Below, one piece after another: positions 32,800 through 42,111 of a stretch of DNA of 64,000 nucleotides. The stretch is from a virus. How positions within the stretch are numbered: the stretch's first letter is position 1; each line of letters opens with the position of its first letter. The notes beneath the pieces are model-generated. The model had not been told where the DNA came from, searched no databases, and was given only the letters and a program-made list of their open reading frames with translations. Location of the stretch: IMG/VR virus record IMGVR_UViG_3300018877_000003; one strand, written 5' to 3'. Both the position numbers and the translations under genes were made by a program.

Positions 32800-34986
32800 T
32801 TAAATTGAGCAACTTTCACATTCATTAGCTCCGATCATATCTCCATCATCAGTGAATGTTCTAATGTAATAAACTGATTTGATACCTTTTTTCCACGCAT
32901 AGTTTCTAAGAATACTTAAATCACGAGTAGTTTTCTTAGTAGGGTAATCGCTATCAGCTTTCCATTCATACATGCCTTCTGGAAGCTCTTCTCTAAAGAA
33001 CAGAGTCATGCTCATGCCCTGATCAACATGTTTTTGTGCTACTGCATATGTATCAATAATCTTGCGTTGATCAATGTCATAGGCTGTTTTATAATAAGGA
33101 ATCGTGTCATCAGAAAGATATGGAACTGGATAATATACTTTACCTCGTTTGCCTTCGGTTCTCTCCTCAATCCGCTGAGTAATTGGGTGAATTGAGGCTG
33201 TTGCTTCATTAATGTATGAAATAGAGCCTGTTGGTGCAGTTGCCAATCTATATGCATTATAAAGTCCATATCTCATAACATTTTCTTTAAGTCTTTTCCA
33301 GTCTTGATGTTTAGGAATAAAGATTCCCTCAAATAGTTTTTTAACTTTTTCATGCTTAAATTCGCAATCAGGAGCGCTTAAGTACATATCAAAATAAGTT
33401 CCATCTGCATATTTTGATTTTTCAAATTCAAAAAATGTCTCTCCTCTTTCGCGAGCAATATCATTACTTTCAACAAGAGTCCAAAAGTTTAATAGCATAA
33501 AATAAATGTCTGTAAACTCTAGAGCTTCTGGAGAGCCATATTCAATATGATTTTTTGCTAGATAACCATGAAGGTTCATAGCTCCAAGGCCAACAGAATG
33601 ATATCTGTCATTCCCATTTTTCACTGTCGGTACAGAATCGATATTTGAATTATCACTAACGTAAGTTAGTGCGCGTAACATTGTCCTAACCGATTTCCCA
33701 AAGTTCGGTGACTCCATGAGCTTTACAACATTGGTCGATCCTAAATTACAACTGATGTCACTTCCTAGAATCTCGTATGTTTGATCATCTCTGATGATCG
33801 AATCTTTCATAATTTGGAAAATTTCCGTGCATAGGTTAGACATAATAATCTTTCCATTAATAGGATTCGCATTATTGGCCGTATCAATATTGATTATGTA
33901 TGGGTAGCCGCTCTCATTCTGCAAGTTGCTAATCTCTGTTTCAAGCTCACGTGCCTTAATTTTAGTTTTTCTAATTTCAGGGTTGTTGACCATGTTGTCA
34001 TACTCTTTCGTGATATCAACATATGAGAATGGAACACCATAAGCTTTTTCTACATCATGTGGAGAAAAGAGATACATATATTCATTTTTTTTGATAAGTT
34101 CATAGTATTTGTCTGGAACAACCAAGCCGAGCGATAGCGTTTTAATTCGAACTTTCTCATCAGCATTTTCTTTTCGAACTGCTAAGAAGTCTACAACATC
34201 TGGATGGAAGATATTGAGATAGACTACACCAGCTCCATCTCTTGCTCCACCTTGGTTTGCGTACGAAAAAGCATCTTCAAAGAGTTTCATGATAGGAACT
34301 ACTCCGTCGGCCAATCCATAAATCCCTTTAATCGGGTCATTATTTGCTCTGATGTTGGATAGATTTATTCCAACTCCTCCACCTCGTTTAGACAGTTGCA
34401 AAGCTGAATTAATTGATCGACCAATGCTGTTCATATCATCTGACAAAGTTAGCAAGAAGCAAGAAACCATTTCTCCTGCCCTCTCTTTACCAATGTTTAA
34501 AAATGTAGGTGTTGCAGGTTGATATCGCTGATTAATCATTTCATCTGCCAAATCCATTGCAAAATGTTCATCACCGTTAGCTATTGCTAATGCAGTGAAA
34601 GCAATTCTGTCTTCAAATCTTTCTAAGAATCTTTCTTTATCATTGGTTTTCATTGCATATTGTTGATAGAATTTATAAGCTCCCATAAAGCTACGGAATC
34701 TAAATTTGTGATTATACAATTTCTTGAATAATCGCTTAATAAACTTTCTGCTATACTTGTTCAAAATATCGTCTTTTATGTATTTATTCTCAACTAAGTA
34801 ATCAAGCTTTTCATCAAGTGTATGAAAAAACACTGTATTTGGGTTTACATGCTCTAGAAAGTATGCTCTTGCGGCTTCTCTATCTTTCTCAAGTTGAATC
34901 TTCCCATCTTTAGGGATGTTTAATAAGTTATTTAAAGTAAAATAACTATCGTCTTTAACTTTCTTTGTTAATTTCGGTGACTCCAA
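32800..34986 (-). CDS. nrdE: ribonucleotide reductase class Ib alpha subunit
   Basis: 728 aa. Contains VSCFLL, NLCTEI, the GLGAMNLHG region and a C-terminal CESCSI. Confidence 0.9.
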   Translation of the reverse strand: MESPKLTKKVKDDSYFTLNNLLNIPKDGKIQLEKDREAARAYFLEHVNPNTVFFHTLDEKLDYLVENKYIKDDILNKYSRKFIKRLFKKLYNHKFRFRSFMGAYKFYQQYAMKTNDKERFLERFEDRIAFTALAIANGDEHFAMDLADEMINQRYQPATPTFLNIGKERAGEMVSCFLLTLSDDMNSIGRSINSALQLSKRGGGVGINLSNIRANNDPIKGIYGLADGVVPIMKLFEDAFSYANQGGARDGAGVVYLNIFHPDVVDFLAVRKENADEKVRIKTLSLGLVVPDKYYELIKKNEYMYLFSPHDVEKAYGVPFSYVDITKEYDNMVNNPEIRKTKIKARELETEISNLQNESGYPYIINIDTANNANPINGKIIMSNLCTEIFQIMKDSIIRDDQTYEILGSDISCNLGSTNVVKLMESPNFGKSVRTMLRALTYVSDNSNIDSVPTVKNGNDRYHSVGLGAMNLHGYLAKNHIEYGSPEALEFTDIYFMLLNFWTLVESNDIARERGETFFEFEKSKYADGTYFDMYLSAPDCEFKHEKVKKLFEGIFIPKHQDWKRLKENVMRYGLYNAYRLATAPTGSISYINEATASIHPITQRIEERTEGKRGKVYYPVPYLSDDTIPYYKTAYDIDQRKIIDTYAVAQKHVDQGMSMTLFFREELPEGMYEWKADSDYPTKKTTRDLSILRNYAWKKGIKSVYYIRTFTDDGDMIGANECESCSI

Positions 34987-35344
34987 ATTCTTGCACTTCC
35001 TTTTTAAAATCAGTTATGTCTTTTTCTGTACCACTAAATTCAAACTTGAATATCAATGGTTTACTGTATTTGTTTGAAAGGTCTCTAGCATTAAAACAAT
35101 ACTCATCATCAAAATTCCTATTTCCACTGCCAACAAACCCAATCAAGTGTTTTAAGTTATCTTTATACTCGATAAACTCACTTATAACATCTGTCAAATC
35201 ATCATCATATGAGGGAGTTACCACAATATAATCTTCGTCAACCTCTGTTAGAGGATTGGAGTAATCTAATTCAAGACTATCCATTCCAACCCTGCCAACA
35301 AAGTCTCTAACATTGCCTGTTAGTGAAACAAAAACTAACAACAT
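34955..35344 (-). CDS. nrdI: NrdI flavodoxin-like protein
   Basis: Contains VFVSLTGNVRDFV and GSGNRNFDDEY. Confidence 0.85.
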   Translation of the reverse strand: MLLVFVSLTGNVRDFVGRVGMDSLELDYSNPLTEVDEDYIVVTPSYDDDLTDVISEFIEYKDNLKHLIGFVGSGNRNFDDEYCFNARDLSNKYSKPLIFKFEFSGTEKDITDFKKEVQEFGVTEINKES

Positions 35345-35586
35345 TATTTTTTAAGTTCTTCTAATTTATCTGGTCTAAAACCTGTGAATGGCTCTTCTCC
35401 CTCTACAACCACAACAGGCATAGCTGTTAAGCCTAAAGTATGTTTAACATACTCCAATGCTTTTTCATCTTCTTCTATATTAATAGATGTAAATTCAATT
35501 TCCTCACCAGTTAAAAATCTTTTTGTCATTTCACATTGCGGGCATCCGTTTTTCGTATAAACCATTACCTTTTTCAAATAAATCAA
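35344..35586 (-). CDS. nrdH: NrdH-like glutaredoxin
   Basis: Contains VYTKNGCPQCEMTKRFL. Start uncertain (TTG or ATG options). Confidence 0.8.
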   Translation of the reverse strand: MIYLKKVMVYTKNGCPQCEMTKRFLTGEEIEFTSINIEEDEKALEYVKHTLGLTAMPVVVVEGEEPFTGFRPDKLEELKK

Positions 35587-35596
35587 ACTCCTTTAT

Positions 35597-35615
35597 CATT
35601 ATTAATTAGTTTAGT
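35597..35615 (-). promoter_or_regulatory. 19-nt element copy J (1 mismatch), abuts the nrdH SD
   Basis: The - strand reads ACTAAACTAATTAATAATG-ATAAAGGAG. It lies 91 bp downstream of copy K. Confidence 0.45.
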
Positions 35616-35680
35616 TGTTTTAAAAATCATTTAAACTTCATTGGCTTAGACGACCTCCTATTCAACATGTTACAATTATT

Positions 35681-35709
35681 ATAATATCATTATTAATTAG
35701 TTTTGTCAA
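35681..35709 (-). promoter_or_regulatory. 19-nt element copy K, full sigmaA-like promoter
   Basis: The - strand reads TTGACA-AAACTAATTAATAATGA-TATTAT. The core encodes the last codons (LDKTN*) of the topoisomerase A subunit. Confidence 0.65.
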
Positions 35710-37864
35710 GCGTTAATAAAATATCTGAAAAATCTTCCTTACGAAGATACTTTCCAACTCCGGCATTTGTAGTTCGGTAATATTCTGCCTCTTCACACTT
35801 GTCTTTTAGTAAATAATACGCCTCGGCAATACTATCATTCTTTGATTTTAACACTTGAACACCTATTGTAGTCTTGCTGGTTTTTGAATTAATCATTGAT
35901 GTATTAAATACTAAAGCCTTTCCAATTGAAGAAACCGCCAAAATATCAATATCTTCTCTAATGTGCTCAAAGAAAATGGCTGTTTTATCTGCATAAGCTT
36001 TAGTAAGCATCTTTCTATTTTGTTTAGTTTGGTATGCGGAAAGATCAATTTTTGCAACCTTCCCGTCCTCAAACCCAACAATTAGATACCCGTCATAATC
36101 ATTAGTCACTGCTACAAAAAGAACGTTTTCTTCTTTTAATTCTAATAATGACGGTAAATACTCTCCTAAGCTAGATGGTTTGTGGTCTTCAATTTCATAC
36201 ATTTTGTGCTTGTACACTCGGTGCTGATCCGTAAATACTAAAACTTCCGAGTTATTGGTGGTCTCCACTTCTTTAATAACTTCATCCCCGTCTTTAACTT
36301 TAAGCGAGTAATTTCCCCTTAGAGATGTAAGAGGAACTTTTTTCAGATAACCATCTTTAGTTATAAAGACTTTTACATTGTAATCATCAACTTCAATTTT
36401 ATCCGCTTCTATTTTTGGGATATCACTTAGTTGGACAACGTTTGACTTTCTTTGCTTCCCGTATAGTTTTTTAACATTGGCCAATTCATCGATAATATAC
36501 TGAGCCAACCTTTTGCGATTGTTTAAAAGATCGTCTAAGTTCTCAATTTCACACTTTAGGTTCTCAATATCTTTAATACGATTAATTAGATATTCTTTAT
36601 TAAGATGTCTTAATTTAATCTCCGCAACAAATTCTGCCTGCTCTCTATCAATCGAAAACACAGACATAAGTCTTTTGACAACTTCATTATTTGTCTTGGT
36701 TTCTCTAATGATTTTGATCGCTTTATCAATATCTAAAAGAACCTGTTTTAATGCAGACAACAAATGCATTTTAGATTCCTTCTTCTGCTTTTCAAATCTA
36801 AATCCACGTTTGATTGTATTTGCTCTAAAAACTAACCATTCGTGAATAATTTGCTTTACTCCCAAAACCTTTGGTCTACCATTTACAATGATATTGAAGT
36901 TGCATCCGAAAGAAGATTGTAGCGGAGTTAATTTGAATAACTTTTCTACGAGTAGCTTTTTGTCAATATTGTTTTTAACTGTAACTTCAATACCCTTTGA
37001 ATTGATTCCGTAAATATCATCCACATCTACAACCTCTTTAAGTTTTCCTTCTTTAACAAGCTGGGAAATCTTCTCTATGACCGCTTCAAAGGTTGTTGTA
37101 TAAGGAATGTCCTCAAAAATAATTGAGTTTTTCTCAAACCTGTATGAAGAACGAATAACCACCGATCCTTTACCAGTATCATAAATTCTCTCAAGTTCAC
37201 TTTGGTTATACACAATATTTCCGCCCGTAGGAAAGTCTGGAGCTTTAATATAGTCAGAAACCTTTGTATGTTTTGGATTTTTGATGTATTGAATAGTGTA
37301 GTCAATTACCTCATTTAGATTGAATGGTGCAATACTTGACGCCATGCCATTCGCAATCCCATTCTGCGGATTCGTTAATATTGATGGGAAAGTTACAGGA
37401 AGGTATCTTGGCTCTTTCAGTGTTCCATCATAGTTATCGATCATCTCAACGGTATTTTTATCAATGTTTTTAAACAGTTCTTTAGCAATTTCAGTAAGTC
37501 TTACCTCAGTATATCGCGCTGATGCGTACTTCATATCTCTGGAATACTGCTTCCCGAAGTTACCTTTCGAATCGATAAATGGAATCAAAAGTGCTTCTGC
37601 ATCTTTAGACATCCTTACAAGTGTCTCATAGATAGCCGCATCACCATGAGGATGCAAAAACATAGTTTGTCCTACTACACCTTGAGATTTTTTACGGCCG
37701 CCCTTTTGTAAGCCCATCTTGTACATGGTGTATAATATCCTTCTTTGAGATGGTTTTAACCCATCGATTTCAGGTAAAGCTCTCTCCATAATAACATGCG
37801 CGGTATAAGGCATATAATTTTTGGTAAGCGTTTCAACAATGTTTTCTTCAATCATGTTAGTCAT
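35693..37864 (-). CDS. type IIA topoisomerase subunit A (GyrA/ParC-like)
   Basis: 723 aa. Contains RALPEIDGLKPSQRRILY and the catalytic Tyr context ASARYTE. The C-terminal domain is short. Confidence 0.85.
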   Translation of the reverse strand: MTNMIEENIVETLTKNYMPYTAHVIMERALPEIDGLKPSQRRILYTMYKMGLQKGGRKKSQGVVGQTMFLHPHGDAAIYETLVRMSKDAEALLIPFIDSKGNFGKQYSRDMKYASARYTEVRLTEIAKELFKNIDKNTVEMIDNYDGTLKEPRYLPVTFPSILTNPQNGIANGMASSIAPFNLNEVIDYTIQYIKNPKHTKVSDYIKAPDFPTGGNIVYNQSELERIYDTGKGSVVIRSSYRFEKNSIIFEDIPYTTTFEAVIEKISQLVKEGKLKEVVDVDDIYGINSKGIEVTVKNNIDKKLLVEKLFKLTPLQSSFGCNFNIIVNGRPKVLGVKQIIHEWLVFRANTIKRGFRFEKQKKESKMHLLSALKQVLLDIDKAIKIIRETKTNNEVVKRLMSVFSIDREQAEFVAEIKLRHLNKEYLINRIKDIENLKCEIENLDDLLNNRKRLAQYIIDELANVKKLYGKQRKSNVVQLSDIPKIEADKIEVDDYNVKVFITKDGYLKKVPLTSLRGNYSLKVKDGDEVIKEVETTNNSEVLVFTDQHRVYKHKMYEIEDHKPSSLGEYLPSLLELKEENVLFVAVTNDYDGYLIVGFEDGKVAKIDLSAYQTKQNRKMLTKAYADKTAIFFEHIREDIDILAVSSIGKALVFNTSMINSKTSKTTIGVQVLKSKNDSIAEAYYLLKDKCEEAEYYRTTNAGVGKYLRKEDFSDILLTLDKTN

Positions 37865-37876
37865 TTACTTCTCCTC

Positions 37877-39835
37877 CTAATCAAGCGCATCTTCTATATA
37901 AAGATGAAGGTTATCTTCAATATATTTTTTGCGTGCAGATAAATCGTCTCCTAGAAACATTTCAAAATAATGCAAAGTGTCCTCTGCGCCGCTTGGAGTT
38001 ACTTTGATTAATTTACGCGTTTCAGGATTCATGGTAGTTTCCCACATCATTTCTGCGGTATTCTCTCCTAACCCTTTAGATCGTTGAACCGTATAGTCAC
38101 CTTTCATATTTGATACAATTTCATCTTTTTCTTTGTCACTGTATGCAAATACTGATGCGTCATTTTGTTCAATTTCATATAATGGAGATTCTGCAATATA
38201 TACATATCCCTTTTCAATAAGAGTAGGCATAAGCCTATAGATAGCCGTAAGAAGGAGTGTTCTAATGTGGAATCCATCTACGTCTGCATCTGTTGTAATG
38301 ACTATTTTTGACCATCGTAATTTGTTGATATCAAAACTATTCAAGTCTTTGGCATGTTTAGATTTAACTTCGATGCCACACCCAAGTAATTTAATCAGAT
38401 CGATAATAATGTCATTTTTAAAAATTTTGTCATAATCAGCCTTTAAGCAGTTGAGAATCTTGCCACGCAATGCATATATAGCCTGAAACTCAGCGTCTCT
38501 TCCTTGCTTTGTAGAGCCTAGAGCTGACTTTCCTTCTACAAGATATAGCTCAGTTTTCGTATTATCTTTTGACTTACAATTTACAAATCCCTCAATACGA
38601 TTAGTTAAATTGTTTACTGTCCCAGAGAGCTTCTTTTTGACACTAAGTCTCGTTGCCTCAGCCTTCTCTCGACTGTTCTTGTTTACTAGCACCTGTTTTA
38701 AAATAAGATTTGCTTCATTTGGGTTTTCCACAAAATAAATTTCTAATTGTTCTCTGAGCCATTTTGTAATCGATTGCTTCATGAAGTCTGAACCAATTTT
38801 CTTTTTTGTCTGGTCGGTAAATAAAGAAATTGTAGAGTATGTACTGGTGACAATAAGAAGACTATCTGAGATATCATCAAATGAAATCTTCTTCTCTCCT
38901 TTTTTATAAAGGTTTTGCTCTTTTAAAAATTTATCAATTACATATGTAAAAGAGTTTTTGATAAATTCTTCTGGTGTTCCACCGTTCTCCAACCATGACG
39001 TATTGTGATAGTATCTGCTAAAGGATGTTTCGCGATTGAAACTAAAATAAATATTGGCCTTAATTCTATAATCTTTATCTGAGTCATTGTCTCTCCCTTT
39101 CTGTTCTGTAGAAAAGGAAATGACATCAGTCAAAGAATATTCCTCATTTGACAGAGATTTAATATAATCAGGAACTCCATTTTCATAAAAATATTCAGTT
39201 GTCTCTTCTGTCTTCTGATTGGTGAAAATAAATTTCACACCACCATTGACTATTGCTTGATCCCGAAGAGTTGTAATAATAAACTCATCATCAATTTCGC
39301 TTTTGCCTCTAAAACACTCGGCAGAAGGTAGCCATGAAATTTTTGTTCCTCTCGGCTCACTTGACTCTTTCTCTATTAAAGACGTATATTCTGCGCCCTT
39401 TAAATATTCAATTGCAAGCAACCTTTTTCCGTTGTATGAAATTGCTTGGAAGTAATCAGAAGTGTAATTTGTTCCCGTGGCTCCCACACCATTAGTCCCT
39501 AATGAATACTCATAATTGCTTCCGCCATCTTCATCATTATTCTTATACTTTCCTCCTGCCCATAGCTCATCAAATACTTTTTTATATGCGTATTCGCCTT
39601 TTTCATTTTTTCCCATTGGAACTCCGCGGCCAAAGTCACGTACAGATATAGAGCCATCTTCATGCTTTGTTACAATAATTTCTTCTCCATATCCTGCGCG
39701 CGCTTCATCAATGGCATTTCCTAAAATTTCTAAGAAGGTGTGGTTGTGACTTTCAAGACCAATGGAAGCAGGCTTTGCCCGAACTCCGCCTAAAATTCCT
39801 AACGATTCAATTGCGTTTTCATTATACTTATTCAT
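37877..39835 (-). CDS. type IIA topoisomerase subunit B (GyrB/ParE-like)
   Basis: Contains GHKL ATPase (NAIDEA, GTNGVGA), the TOPRIM motif EGKSA, LRGKILN and DADVDG. Start set to M11 (AAGGA SD). Confidence 0.85.
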   Translation of the reverse strand: MNKYNENAIESLGILGGVRAKPASIGLESHNHTFLEILGNAIDEARAGYGEEIIVTKHEDGSISVRDFGRGVPMGKNEKGEYAYKKVFDELWAGGKYKNNDEDGGSNYEYSLGTNGVGATGTNYTSDYFQAISYNGKRLLAIEYLKGAEYTSLIEKESSEPRGTKISWLPSAECFRGKSEIDDEFIITTLRDQAIVNGGVKFIFTNQKTEETTEYFYENGVPDYIKSLSNEEYSLTDVISFSTEQKGRDNDSDKDYRIKANIYFSFNRETSFSRYYHNTSWLENGGTPEEFIKNSFTYVIDKFLKEQNLYKKGEKKISFDDISDSLLIVTSTYSTISLFTDQTKKKIGSDFMKQSITKWLREQLEIYFVENPNEANLILKQVLVNKNSREKAEATRLSVKKKLSGTVNNLTNRIEGFVNCKSKDNTKTELYLVEGKSALGSTKQGRDAEFQAIYALRGKILNCLKADYDKIFKNDIIIDLIKLLGCGIEVKSKHAKDLNSFDINKLRWSKIVITTDADVDGFHIRTLLLTAIYRLMPTLIEKGYVYIAESPLYEIEQNDASVFAYSDKEKDEIVSNMKGDYTVQRSKGLGENTAEMMWETTMNPETRKLIKVTPSGAEDTLHYFEMFLGDDLSARKKYIEDNLHLYIEDALD

Positions 39836-39862
39836 ACCATCATCCTTATTTTTCTGTATTGT

Positions 39863-39881
39863 CATTATTAATTCGTTTGAT
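39863..39881 (-). promoter_or_regulatory. 19-nt element copy L (3 mismatches)
   Basis: The - strand reads ATCAAACGAATTAATAATG, upstream of the topoisomerase B SD. Confidence 0.35.
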
Positions 39882-39899
39882 GAAATAGTATTAAACCTC

Positions 39900-40622
39900 T
39901 TATTTTAACTTTCTTTTTACTAACTGCATGATTAACTTATCAATTTTTGACTTTAATTCTAAGTTGGGTTCATGTGAGTGATACACCTCTTTGAGATGAG
40001 AAAACGTAGAATCATGATAATGTTTAATAAAGTTTTCAAAAACTTCTCTTTCAAAAACTCCATTCCTAATATCCATCATAAATTCTTTATCTTCTCCAGA
40101 GTATTTAATAACCGTTTCAAAGTCTTCAAATTTATTCTCTGCGTAATCTACAATTACCTTTAAGCATCTATAAGCGTGCTGAGCTTGTTTGGTGTCATAT
40201 CCAAACTTATCAACTAAATGTTGAGTTCCTTCTGTTCCTTTATGTAAAAGACTCATTTTGTTCTTGTGCATTCCGCCGCAAGCATTATATAAATACGGCA
40301 GATTCATTCGAAAAATATCCTCCCTCATTGAATAGATTTCTTCAATTTCAGGGTTGTTCGCTACTTCGATTTCTGTCGAGGCCAATACCTCAAGGAAGTT
40401 GATATTTGATTTAAAAAGCAACTTTGACAGCTTTCTGATATCATGAATATCATTATCTTCCGAATCAGTAATTACTGATTTTGAATATTCTTTTCCCATA
40501 TATAAGTCTTCAAAAGTTGGAGCGACAAATACTTTATAATCCTTATCAGATTCTTCTGTTGCTAAATTATAATTATGACTCCCCACCAACGCTTTTAAGA
40601 CAATTTCTCTATCTGTAGTCAT
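39900..40622 (-). CDS. Pol-beta-superfamily nucleotidyltransferase (RlaP-like)
   Basis: 240 aa. Contains LVGSHNYNLATEESDKDYKVFV. Confidence 0.6.
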   Translation of the reverse strand: MTTDREIVLKALVGSHNYNLATEESDKDYKVFVAPTFEDLYMGKEYSKSVITDSEDNDIHDIRKLSKLLFKSNINFLEVLASTEIEVANNPEIEEIYSMREDIFRMNLPYLYNACGGMHKNKMSLLHKGTEGTQHLVDKFGYDTKQAQHAYRCLKVIVDYAENKFEDFETVIKYSGEDKEFMMDIRNGVFEREVFENFIKHYHDSTFSHLKEVYHSHEPNLELKSKIDKLIMQLVKRKLK

Positions 40623-40638
40623 ATATCTATCTCCTTTG

Positions 40639-40745
40639 TTGAATTTTATTCAGAACTATAGTACAATAAAAGGGCTATATTAATTCCCACAACACTATGT
40701 TTTCATCTTTTCTGCGGCACTTTAAATAAGTGCCGTCTTTTTATT
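40639..40745 (+). ncRNA. candidate antisense small RNA (promoter plus about 70 nt transcript plus terminator)
   Basis: The + strand reads TTGAAT-17 nt-TACAAT (40639-40667). It is followed by CGGCACTT-taaat-AAGTGCCG and TCTTTTTATT (40715-40745). The U-tract is present only on the + strand. Confidence 0.3.
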
Positions 40746-40754
40746 GATAAGTCT

Positions 40755-40783
40755 ATTATAACATTATTAATTAGTTTAGTAAA
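40755..40783 (-). promoter_or_regulatory. 19-nt element copy M, full sigmaA-like promoter
   Basis: The - strand reads TTTACT-AAACTAATTAATAATGT-TATAAT. Confidence 0.65.
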
Positions 40784-40810
40784 CAAAAAAGAACGATTTT
40801 ATCGCTCTTT
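40783..40810 (-). terminator. terminator after the exonuclease gene
   Basis: GAGCGAT-aaa-ATCGTTC followed by TTTTTTG on the - strand. Confidence 0.6.
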
Positions 40811-41392
40811 TTAAGAAATTAAAGTCTTATAACATTCCGTGACTAATCTGATTTGATATTTAACATCATCCAATGCATTATGCTCAACTAGATTTTCATC
40901 AGCCATAAAATGTTTTACTGTTTCTTTTATCTCTCTTTCGTTAACACCGATCTTTTTACTTGCCAATTCTAGGATTGTTCTAACGTCTCTATCATTTTTA
41001 TAAAATATAGGGTATGGAAGATTGTGATCATTTTCAAGTTGATACTGGATCATCTTATTATCAAAAAGAATCCCATTTCCCCATAGATAAACACTTTTCT
41101 CTCCTCCTTGATCTACAATCCATTCATAAAAATTATTAAATAACTCAGATGAAGACACTGTTCCATTGCTAATAAGTTCTGCAAAAAGCTTGGAATCTGT
41201 TTCAATCCACCATTTAATTGTGTCCGCATCTAAATTTGGTGATTCAGAATTTCTTCCCAAATCAACAACCTGATTAAAACTTGATATGTATTTGCCTGTG
41301 TTAATATCAAAAGATATTGCGGCAATTTGAATGATTGTTGAATCGATCTTTTTGCCAAGTGATTCAATGTCTACCATAATATCTACTCTCAT
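40811..41392 (-). CDS. DnaQ-like DEDDh 3'-5' exonuclease
   Basis: Contains VDIESLG, GILFDNKM and HNALDDV. Confidence 0.75.
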   Translation of the reverse strand: MRVDIMVDIESLGKKIDSTIIQIAAISFDINTGKYISSFNQVVDLGRNSESPNLDADTIKWWIETDSKLFAELISNGTVSSSELFNNFYEWIVDQGGEKSVYLWGNGILFDNKMIQYQLENDHNLPYPIFYKNDRDVRTILELASKKIGVNEREIKETVKHFMADENLVEHNALDDVKYQIRLVTECYKTLIS

Positions 41393-41425
41393 TTATTCCT
41401 CTCCTTTTTAAACCTAAATCATCTT

Positions 41426-41821
41426 TTATGAATTGGATATAATATCGTTTTCCTTGCCAAATTGGTCTTCTTCTTCACAGTTGCAAAATGCCTTAGAGTA
41501 ATAGCACTCCTCACATCGAGAATACACATTTGTAAATTCGTTTAAACTCTCCCATTCATGTGTTAATCCAATTTTATAAATATCCTTTTTATTTCGTATG
41601 TATAAACATTCTTTTTCTTTCTTAAAGTTTTTCAAAAAAGAATTTAGACCGCTCTTAGCAAAATATCTTACAACAAAAGGAATCCAATATCCTTCATTAC
41701 TCATCATAAGAAGCATATCACCGCTTAATGAATGTCTTCCAAAATACTTCGTACCTTTCGTAAATGTTCCATGATTATGGTCTATATCTGTATTTGCTGT
41801 ATATACCGAAACCTTTATCAT
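41426..41821 (-). CDS. hypothetical protein with Cys-rich C-terminus
   Basis: 131 aa. Contains CEECYYSKAFCNCEE. Confidence 0.6.
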   Translation of the reverse strand: MIKVSVYTANTDIDHNHGTFTKGTKYFGRHSLSGDMLLMMSNEGYWIPFVVRYFAKSGLNSFLKNFKKEKECLYIRNKKDIYKIGLTHEWESLNEFTNVYSRCEECYYSKAFCNCEEEDQFGKENDIISNS

Positions 41822-41853
41822 ACATATTTCACCTGCATTTTTAACTCTTCCTT

Positions 41854-42048
41854 TTATTTTTCTTCGAATACATTTAAAATTTCAAATTCAGTCTCTTCAT
41901 AGTTCCAATCATCATGATTCATTAAATCTGCCTTTTCCTCAGCAAGTTTATCGATTCTTGGATCGAGACTATCTTTAAAGTCACCCTCAACAACTACTGT
42001 AGTAGTGAATTTTTGAACAATTTCTAATTCAACTTCATATCTTTTCAT
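41854..42048 (-). CDS. small acidic hypothetical protein
   Basis: 64-aa co-oriented ORF. Confidence 0.5.
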   Translation of the reverse strand: MKRYEVELEIVQKFTTTVVVEGDFKDSLDPRIDKLAEEKADLMNHDDWNYEETEFEILNVFEEK

Positions 42049-42077
42049 ATTTTATCTCTCCTCTATTATTGAATTTT

Positions 42078-42105
42078 TTAATAAAGCCAGGGAGTTGCTC
42101 CCTTG
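42078..42105 (-). terminator. candidate terminator after the SPFH gene
   Basis: CAAGGGAG-caa-CTCCCTGG followed by CTTTATT on the - strand. Confidence 0.4.
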
Positions 42106-42111
42106 ACTTTA

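Noticed and set aside
31813-34986. Group I introns or inteins in nrdE/nrdF (and in thyA and the polymerase), as known for SPbeta bnrd genes.
   Set aside because: All four genes are single uninterrupted ORFs of near-normal length with motifs in the usual order. Only ThyA has an in-frame insertion of about 40 aa, which is too short for an intein.
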